From an uncultured Chloroflexia bacterium (lineage in GTDB: Bacteria > Chloroflexota > Limnocylindria > Limnocylindrales > CSP1-4): DNA of 64,000 bases. Location: contig CAVYGH010000013.1 in assembly GCA_963767945.1 (NCBI GenBank), forward strand, positions 162,576 to 226,575, given 5' to 3'. The notes beneath the pieces were generated by a model. That model had not been told where the DNA came from. It made no database searches and was given only the letters and a program-made list of their open reading frames with translations. The position numbers and the translations under genes were made by a program. Positions 18,011 to 27,822 of the stretch are shown here, piece after piece; positions within the stretch are counted from its first letter, which is position 1; every line of letters starts with the position of its first letter.

Positions 18011-19718
18011 TCAGTCCCCGCGGCTCAAGTTGCGGACGTAGTTGAGCATCCAGACGACAAGGAGGAGCAGCAGGATCAGCAGCCCGAGATTGACCCAGGA
18101 CATGGGCATCTCGCGTGGGACCACGCGGCGGGCGTCGTCGGGGCGGGCCAGCACGAGATAGAGCAGGGCGCCGACGCCGAGGATCGCGACGCCGATCCGC
18201 ACCAGCGTTCGCTTCGCGCTCTGCATCTTGTTGCGGAAGCCGAACAGCGCATTCTCCGCCTCCATGATCGCCGGCTCCTGGGCCTCGATGAACTCCAGGA
18301 AGTCGAGCGCCCGCTGCGCTTTTCCTGTCCCCGCGTACAGCCGGTCGACGACCAGGCGCGGGTCGAGCCAGCTGAGGCTCTGTTGGCGGGCGAGCCGACG
18401 GACGAAGCGCCGCACGTTGTCGGGCAGGTCATAGTCGACGGCCAGCTGGTGCCGGAGGGCGCCGAGGGTGACCAGCATCTTGAGGTAGCCGACGATGGCG
18501 GGCGACATCGTCAGCTTCTGGACGCGGATGGTCTCGAGGATGTCGACGGCGAGCTTCGAATACGGGTTCGCGCGGTTCTCCGCCATCGGCCCCGGGGCCG
18601 CGCTGGTCACGCGGCTGCGATCGGCCGTGGCGTCGTACAGGAACGCCTGGTGCAGGCGGATCAGCTGCCGGCTGGCGTCATCGACGTCCGTCGCGGTCGA
18701 CGGTGCCAGCCAGCGCATGAGCTCGCGCACCGCCGGCTCGATCTCGCCGCGGAACAGGAGCCAGCTGTAGCGGGTCAGCGACTCCCGAATGCGGTTGGGG
18801 AGCTGGCCGACGATCCCGAAGTCGATGTAGCCGATCGCGTCGCCGTCGAGGACGAAGATGTTGGCCGGGTGCAGGTCCGCGTGGAAGTAGCCGAACACGA
18901 AGACCTGGTTGAGCATGTTCCAGTCGAGATGGCGGCAGATCCGGTCGAGGTCGTGGCCATCTGCCTTCAACCGGGCGAGGTAGGCTCGGTCGCCGTCCCG
19001 CTTCGGCGACCATCACCTCGATCAGCGGGATGCCCTCGATGAGCTCCGCCGTGAGCACGCGCGACGTCGTGTAGTCGCGGTACACGCGGGCGATCCGCTC
19101 GTACTGGTCGCCGCGGGCGTGCTCGTGGAGGAGCACGGCCTGCCGCGCCTCGACCAGGTAGTCGAGCTCGTCGGCGGTCCAGCGGGCGAACTCGTCGATG
19201 ACCTCGCGACTCCTGACGCCGCCGAACACCCGGGAGAAGTCGAGCAGCCAGGTCACCGAGTACATCAGGTGGATGTCGGCCGCCAGGATCTCGCGGATGT
19301 GCGGCCGCTGCACCTTGACCGCGACCCGGTCGCCGTTGTGCAGCGTCGCCCGATGCACCTGGCCGATCGAGGCCGCCGCGAACGACTGGTGCTCGAACGT
19401 CGCGAACACGGTCTCGGGCTCGCCGTTCAGCTCCTGGCGGATGATCGTGCGGACCTCGTCGTAGCTGAACGGCGCGACCTTGTTGAGGAGCCCGAACAGC
19501 TCGTCGCAGTAGGCGACCGGCAGCAGGTCGTAGCGCAGCGCGAGCATCTGGCCGAGCTTCACCCACGCCCCCCCGAGCCGCTCGAACGCGACGCGCATCC
19601 GGACCGGGCCGGGTCGCTTGTCCGAGCCCGGCAGGTGCAGCGCGGGCGCGATGAACAGGCCGAAGAAGACCGCGACGACGCGCGCGACCCTGCGCGGATG
19701 CCGGAAGAGGTTCCTCAC
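18011..19718 (-). CDS. ubiB: UbiB/ABC1 (aarF-domain) atypical kinase, with one frameshift near 18985
   Basis: WVKLGQMLALRYDLLP, VAVKVQRPHIREILAADIHLM, and catalytic loop FHADLHPANIFV in the downstream frame (ORF 18011..18970). The joint reads …IEVMVAEAG / RDGDRAYLARLKADGHDLDRI…, consistent with a single 1-nt indel. Confidence 0.75.
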
Positions 19719-19789
19719 GCGGCGGTGCGCCGATCCGCGGCTAGCGCGAGGTGCGGATGCGGGGCGCTAGGTGCGGAGGTTGGACCGGC

Positions 19790-20200
19790 TCAGTCCGTGC
19801 TGTCATCGAACGGGACGCGGCGGCGACGGCTCGGCATCGCCGTCTCCTCCTCCCACTCCCGTCCGGCCTTCACCAGCTCATGGAAGATGTGTCGCGACCA
19901 CGTGTACGCGAGGCTGACCGCGCCCTCGGCGGCGAGCTGGCCCTCGCGGCCGTAGTGCAGGCCGCGCTTGACGGTCTCGTCGATGCGGTGCTCGCCCTCG
20001 TCGAACATCTCCGCGAAGCGCCGGTTCTTGAGTCGCTTCGCGTAGGCCCGCTTCTCCTCCTCGGTCGGCCCGTCGAGCCAGGCCTTGCGGCGGGCCTTCT
20101 CCTGGGAGACCCACGCGTCGATCTCGGCCTGCGTCGGTTCCAGGGACTCTTCGTCGTCGTCGATCGAGACAGCCGAGCTCTTCGGCGCCACATCACTCAT
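19790..20200 (-). CDS. Hypothetical charged protein (about 137 aa)
   Basis: Intact ORF with protein-like, highly charged composition (…EIDAWVSQEKARRKAWLDGPTEEEKRAYAKRLKNRRFAEMFDEGEHRIDE…). No recognisable domain. Confidence 0.4.
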   Translation of the reverse strand: MSDVAPKSSAVSIDDDEESLEPTQAEIDAWVSQEKARRKAWLDGPTEEEKRAYAKRLKNRRFAEMFDEGEHRIDETVKRGLHYGREGQLAAEGAVSLAYTWSRHIFHELVKAGREWEEETAMPSRRRRVPFDDSTD

Positions 20201-20362
20201 GTCGATCACCCACGGTGTGCCGTCGGAACCCGTTCGGACCCCGCCCCTGTTTGCACGCGAGTCTACCGCGCGACGATCACCGCGACGTCAGGCGAATCGG
20301 GTGAAACGGCCGTCGCCGCGAGCGCGGCCGGCCACGATGACCGGCCGCGCTCGCAGACGGGG

Positions 20363-20839
20363 TCAGTCGAGCTGGGCCCGCACGGCGCCCGGCGGGTAGA
20401 CCGAGCTGTGGATGTTCACGTAGAACCCCGACGGGTTGGTCACGAGATCGTCCGCGTAGCCGAGGGCCGGGACGCAGCCGCGGGTGCGGTCGGTGCCGTC
20501 GAACGTGCCGGAGAACAGCGGGACCGCGACCGGGCCCGGGACGCCCACCGGCGCCGGGTGGATGTGGGCCGCGACGACCGTGCCGTCGATGTCCCGCCAC
20601 TTGGTCACGAAGCACACGACGTCCTTGCGCGGCAGGACGAGCACGATCATCTTGGCCGACGCATCGGGATCGCCGCACACCGCCGGCGGCGCACAGGTCG
20701 GTGTCGCCTCCTGGTCGCCGGTGAGATGGAGCAGGAACACGCGGGCGTGGAGCCCGCCGGCCGAGACGGTGCCCGCCGTCAGGGTCAGGACGATGGCGAG
20801 CGCCGCGAGCAGGGCGATCGCGGGTCGAAGCAGCCGCAT
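20363..20839 (-). CDS. Secreted CHRD-domain protein
   Basis: Signal peptide MRLLRPAIALLAALAIVLTLTAGTVSA. CHRD-like hallmarks (AAHIHPAPVGVPGPVAVPL; FYVNIHSSVYPPGAVRAQL). Confidence 0.6.
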   Translation of the reverse strand: MRLLRPAIALLAALAIVLTLTAGTVSAGGLHARVFLLHLTGDQEATPTCAPPAVCGDPDASAKMIVLVLPRKDVVCFVTKWRDIDGTVVAAHIHPAPVGVPGPVAVPLFSGTFDGTDRTRGCVPALGYADDLVTNPSGFYVNIHSSVYPPGAVRAQLD

Positions 20840-21222
20840 GGGGTCCTCCTGGCTGATCCCCCTCGCTGGTGACACGCGCCCGCCACGCTAGGCGGACGGG
20901 CGGTCTCGCCGTCTCATGCCCGGTCGCCGCGGGATGTCAGCTTCGTGAAAACGGCATCGCAGCGGGCCTGCCCTGCCAGCACCGTCGTCTCCGCCTGGGC
21001 GGCAGCGATATGCGTGACAGGCTTAGGGAATCGTTGAACAGCTGGGCGGGCAGCCTGGACGCGCCTGAACGGCGCGTTGCCGGTCGCGGATATGCCCGTC
21101 AGGCATAAACCCGCGTCCAGGGCGCCGAAGCGCGGTGGATTGCCGTTTCCTACGCGTGGTACGCATACGCCGAGGGCGGGCGTCCGTGGCGCGGCACGGG
21201 CGGCGCCGCGCGGGTCGCGGAA

Positions 21223-21712
21223 TCAGAGCCAGACGTTGTCGTGCTCGGCGTAGAAGCGCTCCAGCTCCTCGGGGCCCGGCCGGCCCTCGGTCGCGAAGCG
21301 GGCCAGGCCCTCGAAGTAGCCCTCGCGCGGCGCACCCGGCGCGAAGTGGAGCAGCATCGACGCCGGCTCGCCGGACTCGTTGCGGAAGCCGTGGATCCCG
21401 CCCGGCGGCACGTGCACGAAGTCGCCCGGCGTGCAGTCGACGCCACGCGCGGCCGTCGTAGATCTTCACCGTGCCGAGCAGGACGTAGAACGACTCCGCC
21501 ATCGTCCGGTGGAAGTGCGGGCCGGGACCCGAGGGCTCCGCGCTCATGTTCCAGCGGTACAGCCCGAACAGCCCGCCCGTGGACGCGCCGGTCGCGAGGT
21601 AGTCGGCCGTGCCGCCGCTCGCGTACGTGATGTCCGACGCGGCGCCGTTCGGCCGGTAGGTCGCCGAGGCCTCGCCGCCGTCGCCGAGGTAGCGCGGTTC
21701 GGGGTAGCTCAT
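21223..21712 (-). CDS. Cupin-domain protein, with one frameshift near 21440
   Basis: …PGPHFHRTMAESFYVLLGTVKIYDGRAW continues in a second frame as …DFVHVPPGGIHGFRNESGEPASMLLHFAPGAP… (ORF 21223..21417). This is the two-beta-strand motif layout of cupins. Confidence 0.55.
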
Positions 21713-21768
21713 CGTGGAGGTCCTCCCGTGTCCGATGATGCGGGTCCGATGACACCGAACGTACCCGC

Positions 21769-23011
21769 ATGAGCCCGGATCCGCCGCCCCGCCGCGCGGC
21801 CGTGGTCCTCGTCACGCCCGACGGCACGCCGATCGGCCGCCTGCCCGAGGTGCCGGTCGCGACCCGCTGGTGGCCGGACGTCCAGGCCATCGTCCAGGCC
21901 GTCCGCGAGGCGTACGGGATCGAGGTCGTCGTGCTCCGGATGCTCGATTCCGAGCTGCCGCGTCCGCACGGCGGCGGCGTCACCTACCTCGCCGAGACCG
22001 CCCAGCCGCATCGAGCGGTCGCCGCTCGCCGCCGAGTCCCTGCTCCCGTTCGACGTCACGCTCGACGACCAGCCGCTCCGCCTGCGCTGGGCCGATCCCC
22101 GGCGGCCCGGACCGCGACCTCGCCTGGGCCGAGGACGTGCTCGCGGGCCGGCGGATCGAGCGCGTCGGACCCGCGGAGCAGATGCGCAGCTGGAACCTGT
22201 CCAGCATCTGGCGCCTGCCGCTCGCGGACGGCACGTCGGCGTGGCTCAAGGTCGTGCCGCCGTTCTTCGCCCACGAGGGCGACATGCTGCGCCGCCTCCA
22301 GTCCAACGCCGTTCCGCGGCTCCTGGGCACCGACGGCGACCGCGTGCTGCTCGCCGACGTCGCGGGCGACGACCAGTACGACGCGGCCGAGCCCGAGCTG
22401 CTCGAGATGGTGTCGATGCTGGTCGACCTCCAGGCCGCCTGGATCGGCCGTGTCGACGACCTGCTGGCGATCGGCCTGCCCGACTGGCGGGGGCCGGGGT
22501 TGACCGCCCGGATCGCCGACGTCGTCGAGCGGCGCTCGGCCGGGGTGTCGGACGAGGACCGGAGCACCCTCGACGGCGTTCGTCGCCGGGCTGCCCGCCC
22601 GGTTCGCCGAGATCGTGACGTGCGGGGTCCCGGACACGCTCGTCCACGGCGACTACCACCCCGGCAACGTGCGCGGCACGCCGGGCCGCCTGGTGATGCT
22701 CGACTGGGGCGACACGGGCGTCGGCCAGCCGCTGCTCGACCTGCCGGCGTTCCTCGAGGCGGTCGCCGCCGTCGTCGGTGGAGCGGATCCGCACCCACTG
22801 GCTCGATCGGTGGCGCGCCGCGGTCCCCGGCTGCGACGCCCGGCGCGCCGCGCAGCTCCTGGCGCCGGTCGCGGCCGCCCGCCAGGCGGTGATCTACCAG
22901 ACCTTCGTCGACCACATCGAGCCCGTGGAGCGGCGCCACCACGACGCCGACGTCATCGACTGGCTCGGGCGGTCCGCCGCGCTCGCGCGGGCAGGGGAGG
23001 GCGCCGGCTAG
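21769..23011 (+). pseudogene. Phosphotransferase-family (APH/choline-kinase-like) enzyme gene with about 3 frameshifts
   Basis: Fragments in four successive frames include SIWRLPLADGTSAWLKVVPPFFAHEGDMLRRL and the catalytic LVHGDYHPGNVRGTPGRLVMLDWGDTGVGQPLLDL (Brenner/HxDxxxxN motif and the D-W-G-D Mg-binding motif). Confidence 0.55.
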
Positions 23012-23841
23012 GCGGTCCGCACCCAGTTCCGACGCGCGTAGGCGAGCCGGAAGCCGGAGCGCAGCATGTTGCGGTACGAGTGGTTGACGGGCTCCTCCTC
23101 GGTCTCCTCGCCGGTCTCGGTGACCGCCCAGCGGCAGCCCGCCGCCTTCGCGTCGCGGAGCCGCGCCGCGAAGATCGCCGACTGGCCGCCGCGGCCGCGC
23201 GCCGCCTCGAGCGTGGCCCCGAACCCGAGCCAGGCCACGTCGTCCGTGATGCACATGGCGGCGACCGACACGGGCGTGGCGCCGTCGAAGCCGCCGTAGT
23301 GGGTCCAGCCCTCGCGGCCGAACGACGAGGCGGTCAACGGCGCGACGACCGGCGGCAGCCCGAGGGCCTCGCCGGCGATCCGCGCGAAGTCCGACGCGTG
23401 AGCGGCGTCGATCCGCTCGATCCGGAGCGTGGTCGAAGGCGCCGGCAGCTCGTCGAGGTCGTGCCACAGCTTGACCCAGCGCCGGCCCGGGGCGTACCCG
23501 CGCGCCGAGAGCCAGCCCTCGACCTCGGGCGTGAGCAGGGGCGGCGCGAGGTGGACCACGGACTGGGTGCGGCCGTGGTCGAGGAAGAACTGCGAGGCCG
23601 ACTCGATGTCGTCCTCGGTGACCGGGTGCTCGCCGCCGATGCCGACGGCGCGGTTGAAGAAGCCGATGTCGAACACCGTCAGCGCGACGGCCACGCCGTC
23701 GCCGATCGGGGCGACCTGCGCACCGACGGGGTCCCCGGGCAGCGCGGCGCCCGCGGCGTAGAGGTCGGCGATCGCGAGCGCCTCCGATCGCTCGAGCCAG
23801 CGGGCGAGCTCGGGATCCATGTCTGTCTCCATGCCCGCCAT
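23008..23841 (-). CDS. GNAT-family N-acetyltransferase (two-lobed, about 277 aa)
   Basis: Intact ORF. GNAT acetyl-CoA motif region (…EAARGRGGQSAIFAARLRDAKAAGCRWAVTET…). Its end is convergent with, and overlaps by 4 nt, the phosphotransferase gene. Confidence 0.7.
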   Translation of the reverse strand: MAGMETDMDPELARWLERSEALAIADLYAAGAALPGDPVGAQVAPIGDGVAVALTVFDIGFFNRAVGIGGEHPVTEDDIESASQFFLDHGRTQSVVHLAPPLLTPEVEGWLSARGYAPGRRWVKLWHDLDELPAPSTTLRIERIDAAHASDFARIAGEALGLPPVVAPLTASSFGREGWTHYGGFDGATPVSVAAMCITDDVAWLGFGATLEAARGRGGQSAIFAARLRDAKAAGCRWAVTETGEETEEEPVNHSYRNMLRSGFRLAYARRNWVRTA

Positions 23842-23931
23842 CGTATCCAGCGGCGCGGGCTGCGTGAGGTCCCGGACATGCCGACGCCGCCGGCGGTGCC
23901 GGCGGCGTCGGGTTCGCAGCGCGGGAGGACG

Positions 23932-26900
23932 CTACTTGAGCACGACGTAGGTGTCGAAGTTGGCGCGCTTGCCGTTGGTGCTGACGTTGATGACCTTGAT
24001 CCGGTGGGCGCCGCTGGAGCCCCAGCTCCGGGCGACGATGATCCGGCCGAACTTGGTCACCTTCGCCCCCAGGCTGAACGTGCCCACCAGCTTGCCGTCG
24101 ACCCTGACCCGGACCAGCGCCGGAGGTCTTCGACTTCGTGGCGACGTAGAGGATCGACCGACCGCGGAACTGGGCTCGCGGCGCTGGCGCCGGGGTCGTT
24201 CGTGACGGCATAGCCCGCACCCGATGCGCGGGAGTCGATCACGGAGCGCCAGGTGCCCTTGTACGTCACGACGTTCTTCGAGCCGCTGTTCAGGGCCACG
24301 AGCCTGCGGCTGCCCGAGACGGCCCACGCCGAGGTGTTGCCCTCGACGTCGGTCGCCCGGACGCGCCAGACGAGGGACTGCTTGAAGGGGTACCAGCGTC
24401 GGACCGTGGTGCCGAGACCGGTGTAGACCTTCTTGAAGGCGGCGCCGCCGATGCTGACCTGGACCTCGTACTTGGCGAGGCCCGAGCCGGTCGTCCGTCG
24501 CGCCCCACGAGATGCGAAGCGGGGCGGTCTGGTCGACGCGGCCCTTGGCGAACGCGACGACCGGGGCCGAGACGACCGGGGCGATCGTGTCCGGCGTGAC
24601 CGTGACGGTCAGCGTCGCCTGGTCGGTGAGGTGGCCATCGCTCACGGTGTACGTGATGACGGCCGGACCGTTGAACGAGGCCGCCGGCGCGAACCGGACC
24701 TGGCCGCCAACGATGCTGACGGCTCCGGCGTCGACCGGGAGCACGGAGGCCAGGGTGGCCGACAGCGTGTCGCCGTCGACGTCGGTGTCGTTGCTGACCA
24801 CGTTGTAGACGACCGCGCCGCTGCCCTGGGCGACGGTGGCGACGTCATCGACGCCCACCGGGGCATCGTTGACGCAGGTGATCCAGATGGTGACGTGGCC
24901 CGTGTCGCTGCCGCCGTTGCCGTCGCCGACCGTGTAGTCGAAGCCGGCGACGCTCGGGCCGCACAGGTTGGCGTCGGGAGTGAACGTGATGGTGTCGCCG
25001 ATCAGGTCGACCGTCCCGCCCGTGGGGTTCGTGACGGCGGTGACGGTGAGCGTGTCGGGATCGGTGTCGGTGTCGTTGCCGACCAGGGTCGCGCCGTCGA
25101 TGACGACGTCGGTGTCCTCCGTGCCGGTCGCGAGGTCATCGACCGCGACGGGGGGCACGTTGGCCACGCAGTTGATGTCGACGATGACGTGGGCCGAGTC
25201 CGACCCGCCGTTGCCGTCGCTGATCGAGTAGTCGAAGCTGCCCTCACCGGTGCCGCACAGGTCGTCGGCGGGGGTGAAGGTGACCACGCCGGCCGTCAGG
25301 TCGACGGTGCCGCCGGTCGGGTTGGAGACGCTGTCGACGACGAGCGTGTCGCCGGAGTCGATGTCGCTGTCGTTGGCGAGGATCGCGGCGGTGACGTCGT
25401 TGGCGCCGGAGTTCTCGTCGACCATGATCGTGTCATCGTCGGCGTCCGGGGCGTCCTCGGTGCAGGTGAGGTCGACATCGGCGTAGCCGGTGTCGGTCCC
25501 GCCGTTGCCGTCGCTGATCGTGTAGTCGAAGCCGTTGCCGATGTTGCCGCAGGCGTCAGCATCGGGGGTGTAGGTGATCGTGCCCGCATCGAGCGAGACC
25601 GTGCCGCCGACCGGGTTCGAGACGCCGGTGACGACGAGGGTGTCGCCCTCGGGGTCGGTGTCGTTGGCCAGGAGCTCCGCGTCGGTCACGAGGAAGTCCG
25701 TGTCCTCGGTGCCCTGGAAGTCGTCGTCGACGGCCACCGGGGCGTCGTTGACGCACGTGATGTCGACCGTGACGGTCGCCGTGGCGGTGCCGCCGTGGCC
25801 GTCGGAGATCGCGTAGTCGAAGCCGCCCTCGCCCGTGCCGCACAGCTCGGCATTGGGCGTGAAGGTGACCGTGGTGCCGTCCAGCTCGACGGTGCCGCCG
25901 ACCGGGTTCGAGACGCCGGTGACGACGAGGGTGTCGAGGTCGATGTCGGAGTCGTTGACCAGGAGGTCGGCCGCGTCGACGACGAGGTCGGTGTCCTCGG
26001 TGGCGGTCAGCGTGTCGGCCGTGGCCACCGGGTTGTCGTTCGTGCACTCGAGGTCGATGGTGACGTGGCCCGTGTCGGTGCCGCCGTTGCCGTCGTCGAC
26101 CGTGTAGTCGAAGCCACCCGCGCCCACGCCGCACTCGTCGGCGTCGGGCGTGAAGGTGATCGTCCCGGCCGTCAGGTCGACCGTCCCGCCGGTGGCGTTG
26201 GTCACGTCGCTGACGGTGAGCGTGTCGCCGTCCACGTCGTCGTCGTTGCCGACCAGCGTGGCGGCGTCGATGACGACGTCCGTGTCCTCGGTGCCCGAGG
26301 CGGTGTCGTCGACGGCGGTCGGGCCGTCGTTGACGCAGGTGACGTCGACCGTGGCATGCGCCGTGTCGGTGTGGCCGTCGCCGTCGTCGACCGTGTACTC
26401 GAAGCCGCCGTAGCCGTCGCCGCAGGCGCCGGCGTCGGGGGTGAAGGTGACCGCGCCCGCGACCAGGGCGACCGTGCCGCCCGTGGCGCCCGAGGCGTCC
26501 GTGATCGTGAGCGTGTCGCCGTCCGCGTCAGAATCGTTGGCCAGGAGGCCGGCGGTGACGTCGGTGTCGGCCGAGTCCTCGGCGACCGTGACGGTGTCGT
26601 CGCCGGCGACCGGGTCGTCGGACGTGCACGCGAGGTCGATCGAGACGTGGCCGTTGTCCGTGCCGGTGCCGTCGCTCACCGTGTAGGTGAAGCCGGCGGT
26701 GCCGCAGAAGTCGGCATCGGGGGTGAACGTCACGTCGCCCGAGTCGAGCGACACGGTGCCGCCGCTGGGGTTCGAGACCGCCGACACGTGGAGGCTGTCG
26801 AGCTCGGTGTCGGTGTCGTTCGCGACGAGGTCCGCGCCCGGGATGACGACGTCCGTGTCCTCGGTGCCCGAGGCGGTGTCGTTGACCGCGTGCGGGTCGT

Positions 26901-27610
26901 CGTTGACGCAGGTGATGTCGACGGTGACGCTGGCCGAGTCCGACCCGCCGTTGCCGTCCGAGATCGTGTAGTCGAAGCCACCCTCGCCGTTGCCGCACAG
27001 GTTGGCGTCCGGCGTGAAGGTGACGACCCCGGCCGCGAGGACCACCTCACCGCCCGAGGCGTTCGAGACGCCCGTGACCGTGAGGGTGTCGCCGTCCGGC
27101 GTCCGTGTCGTTGGCCTTGATCGCGGCCGTGACGTTGGTCGGCGTGTCCTCGGAGACCGCGATCGTGTCGTCGTTGGCGACCGGCGGATCCGGCTGGTTC
27201 TGCACGACGATGTTGATCGCGGCGGGCCGCGTGTGCTTGTCGTTGGCGACGTTGTACGTCGTCGACGCCGAGCCGAAGAAGCCCGGCGCCGGCGTGAACG
27301 TGTAGTCGCCGTTGGCGGCCACGACCAGCGTGCCGACCGTCGGGCTCAGCGTCGGGAACGGCGCGACGACCGTGAGCGTCCCCTCGCCGGGGTTGTCGTC
27401 GTTCGTCAGGACGTTGCCGGTCGCCGGCGTGTCCTGGAGCGTCGTGATGGTGTCCGGATGGGGGTCAGGCGGGGTGCCGGGTCCGGCTGCCGCCGTGGCT
27501 GGCACCAGCAGGGCGTTCGCGATGATGAGACCGGCGGTCGCCGTCCCCACCAATCGCGCACGGAGCGGGCTCGTTGACAGTTTGATCACGGGGACGACAA
27601 CCTCGGGCAA
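23932..27610 (-). CDS. Giant secreted adhesin-like protein (about 1200 aa): N-terminal signal peptide, 11 or more tandem repeats of about 95 aa (VCBS/cadherin-like), and a C-terminal domain. One frameshift near 27080 and about 3 in the last 300 nt.
   Basis: N-terminus in ORF 27047..27610 (signal peptide LVGTATAGLIIANALLVPATAAA). Repeat unit is roughly VNDAPVAVDDxxxGTEDTDxxIxxAxLLANDTDxDGDTLxVTxVSNPxGGTVxLxxGTxTFTPDAxxCGxGxGGFDYTxSDGNGGTDTGHVxIDxxC, repeated with about 60-70% identity. The C-terminus ends …IKVINVSTNGKRANFDTYVVLK, with fragments in other frames (…LNSGSKNVVTYKGTWRSVIDSRASGAGYAVTNDPGASAA…). Confidence 0.7.
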
Positions 27611-27822
27611 TCGGACGCGCGACGGCCCACTGCCGCCGGACTGGTCGAACCGAGGGTGCGTGAGTGCACCGCGGGCGGGTACCGGACGATGGTCCTACCG
27701 GCACCCGCCATTCGCGGGGGGTGCGGGGTGGAGCGGCACGGATCGGCGGGGTGCCACGGCCCCGTCGCCGGGCGCCGACGCCGCCGGCGGGGCCGGCGGC
27801 GTCGAAGCCTCGCGGTGGGCAG

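Noticed and set aside
21980-24220. 746-aa minus-strand ORF
   Set aside because: Overlaps the phosphotransferase and GNAT genes in antisense or off-frame. Only a short piece (…FRGRSILYVATKSKTSG…) is real, and it belongs to the C-terminus of the VCBS repeat protein.
24000-27100. Possible CRISPR array suggested by regularly spaced near-identical repeats
   Set aside because: Repeat unit is about 285 nt and coding (VCBS-like protein repeat), with no short spacer/repeat alternation. Not a CRISPR array. No cas genes are in the window.
24433-27120. 895-aa + strand ORF with its own internal repeats
   Set aside because: It is the antisense image of the tandem 95-aa repeats. The repeat periodicity is inherited from the real minus-strand gene. 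Composition (VGDR…VVDA…) is not protein-like.
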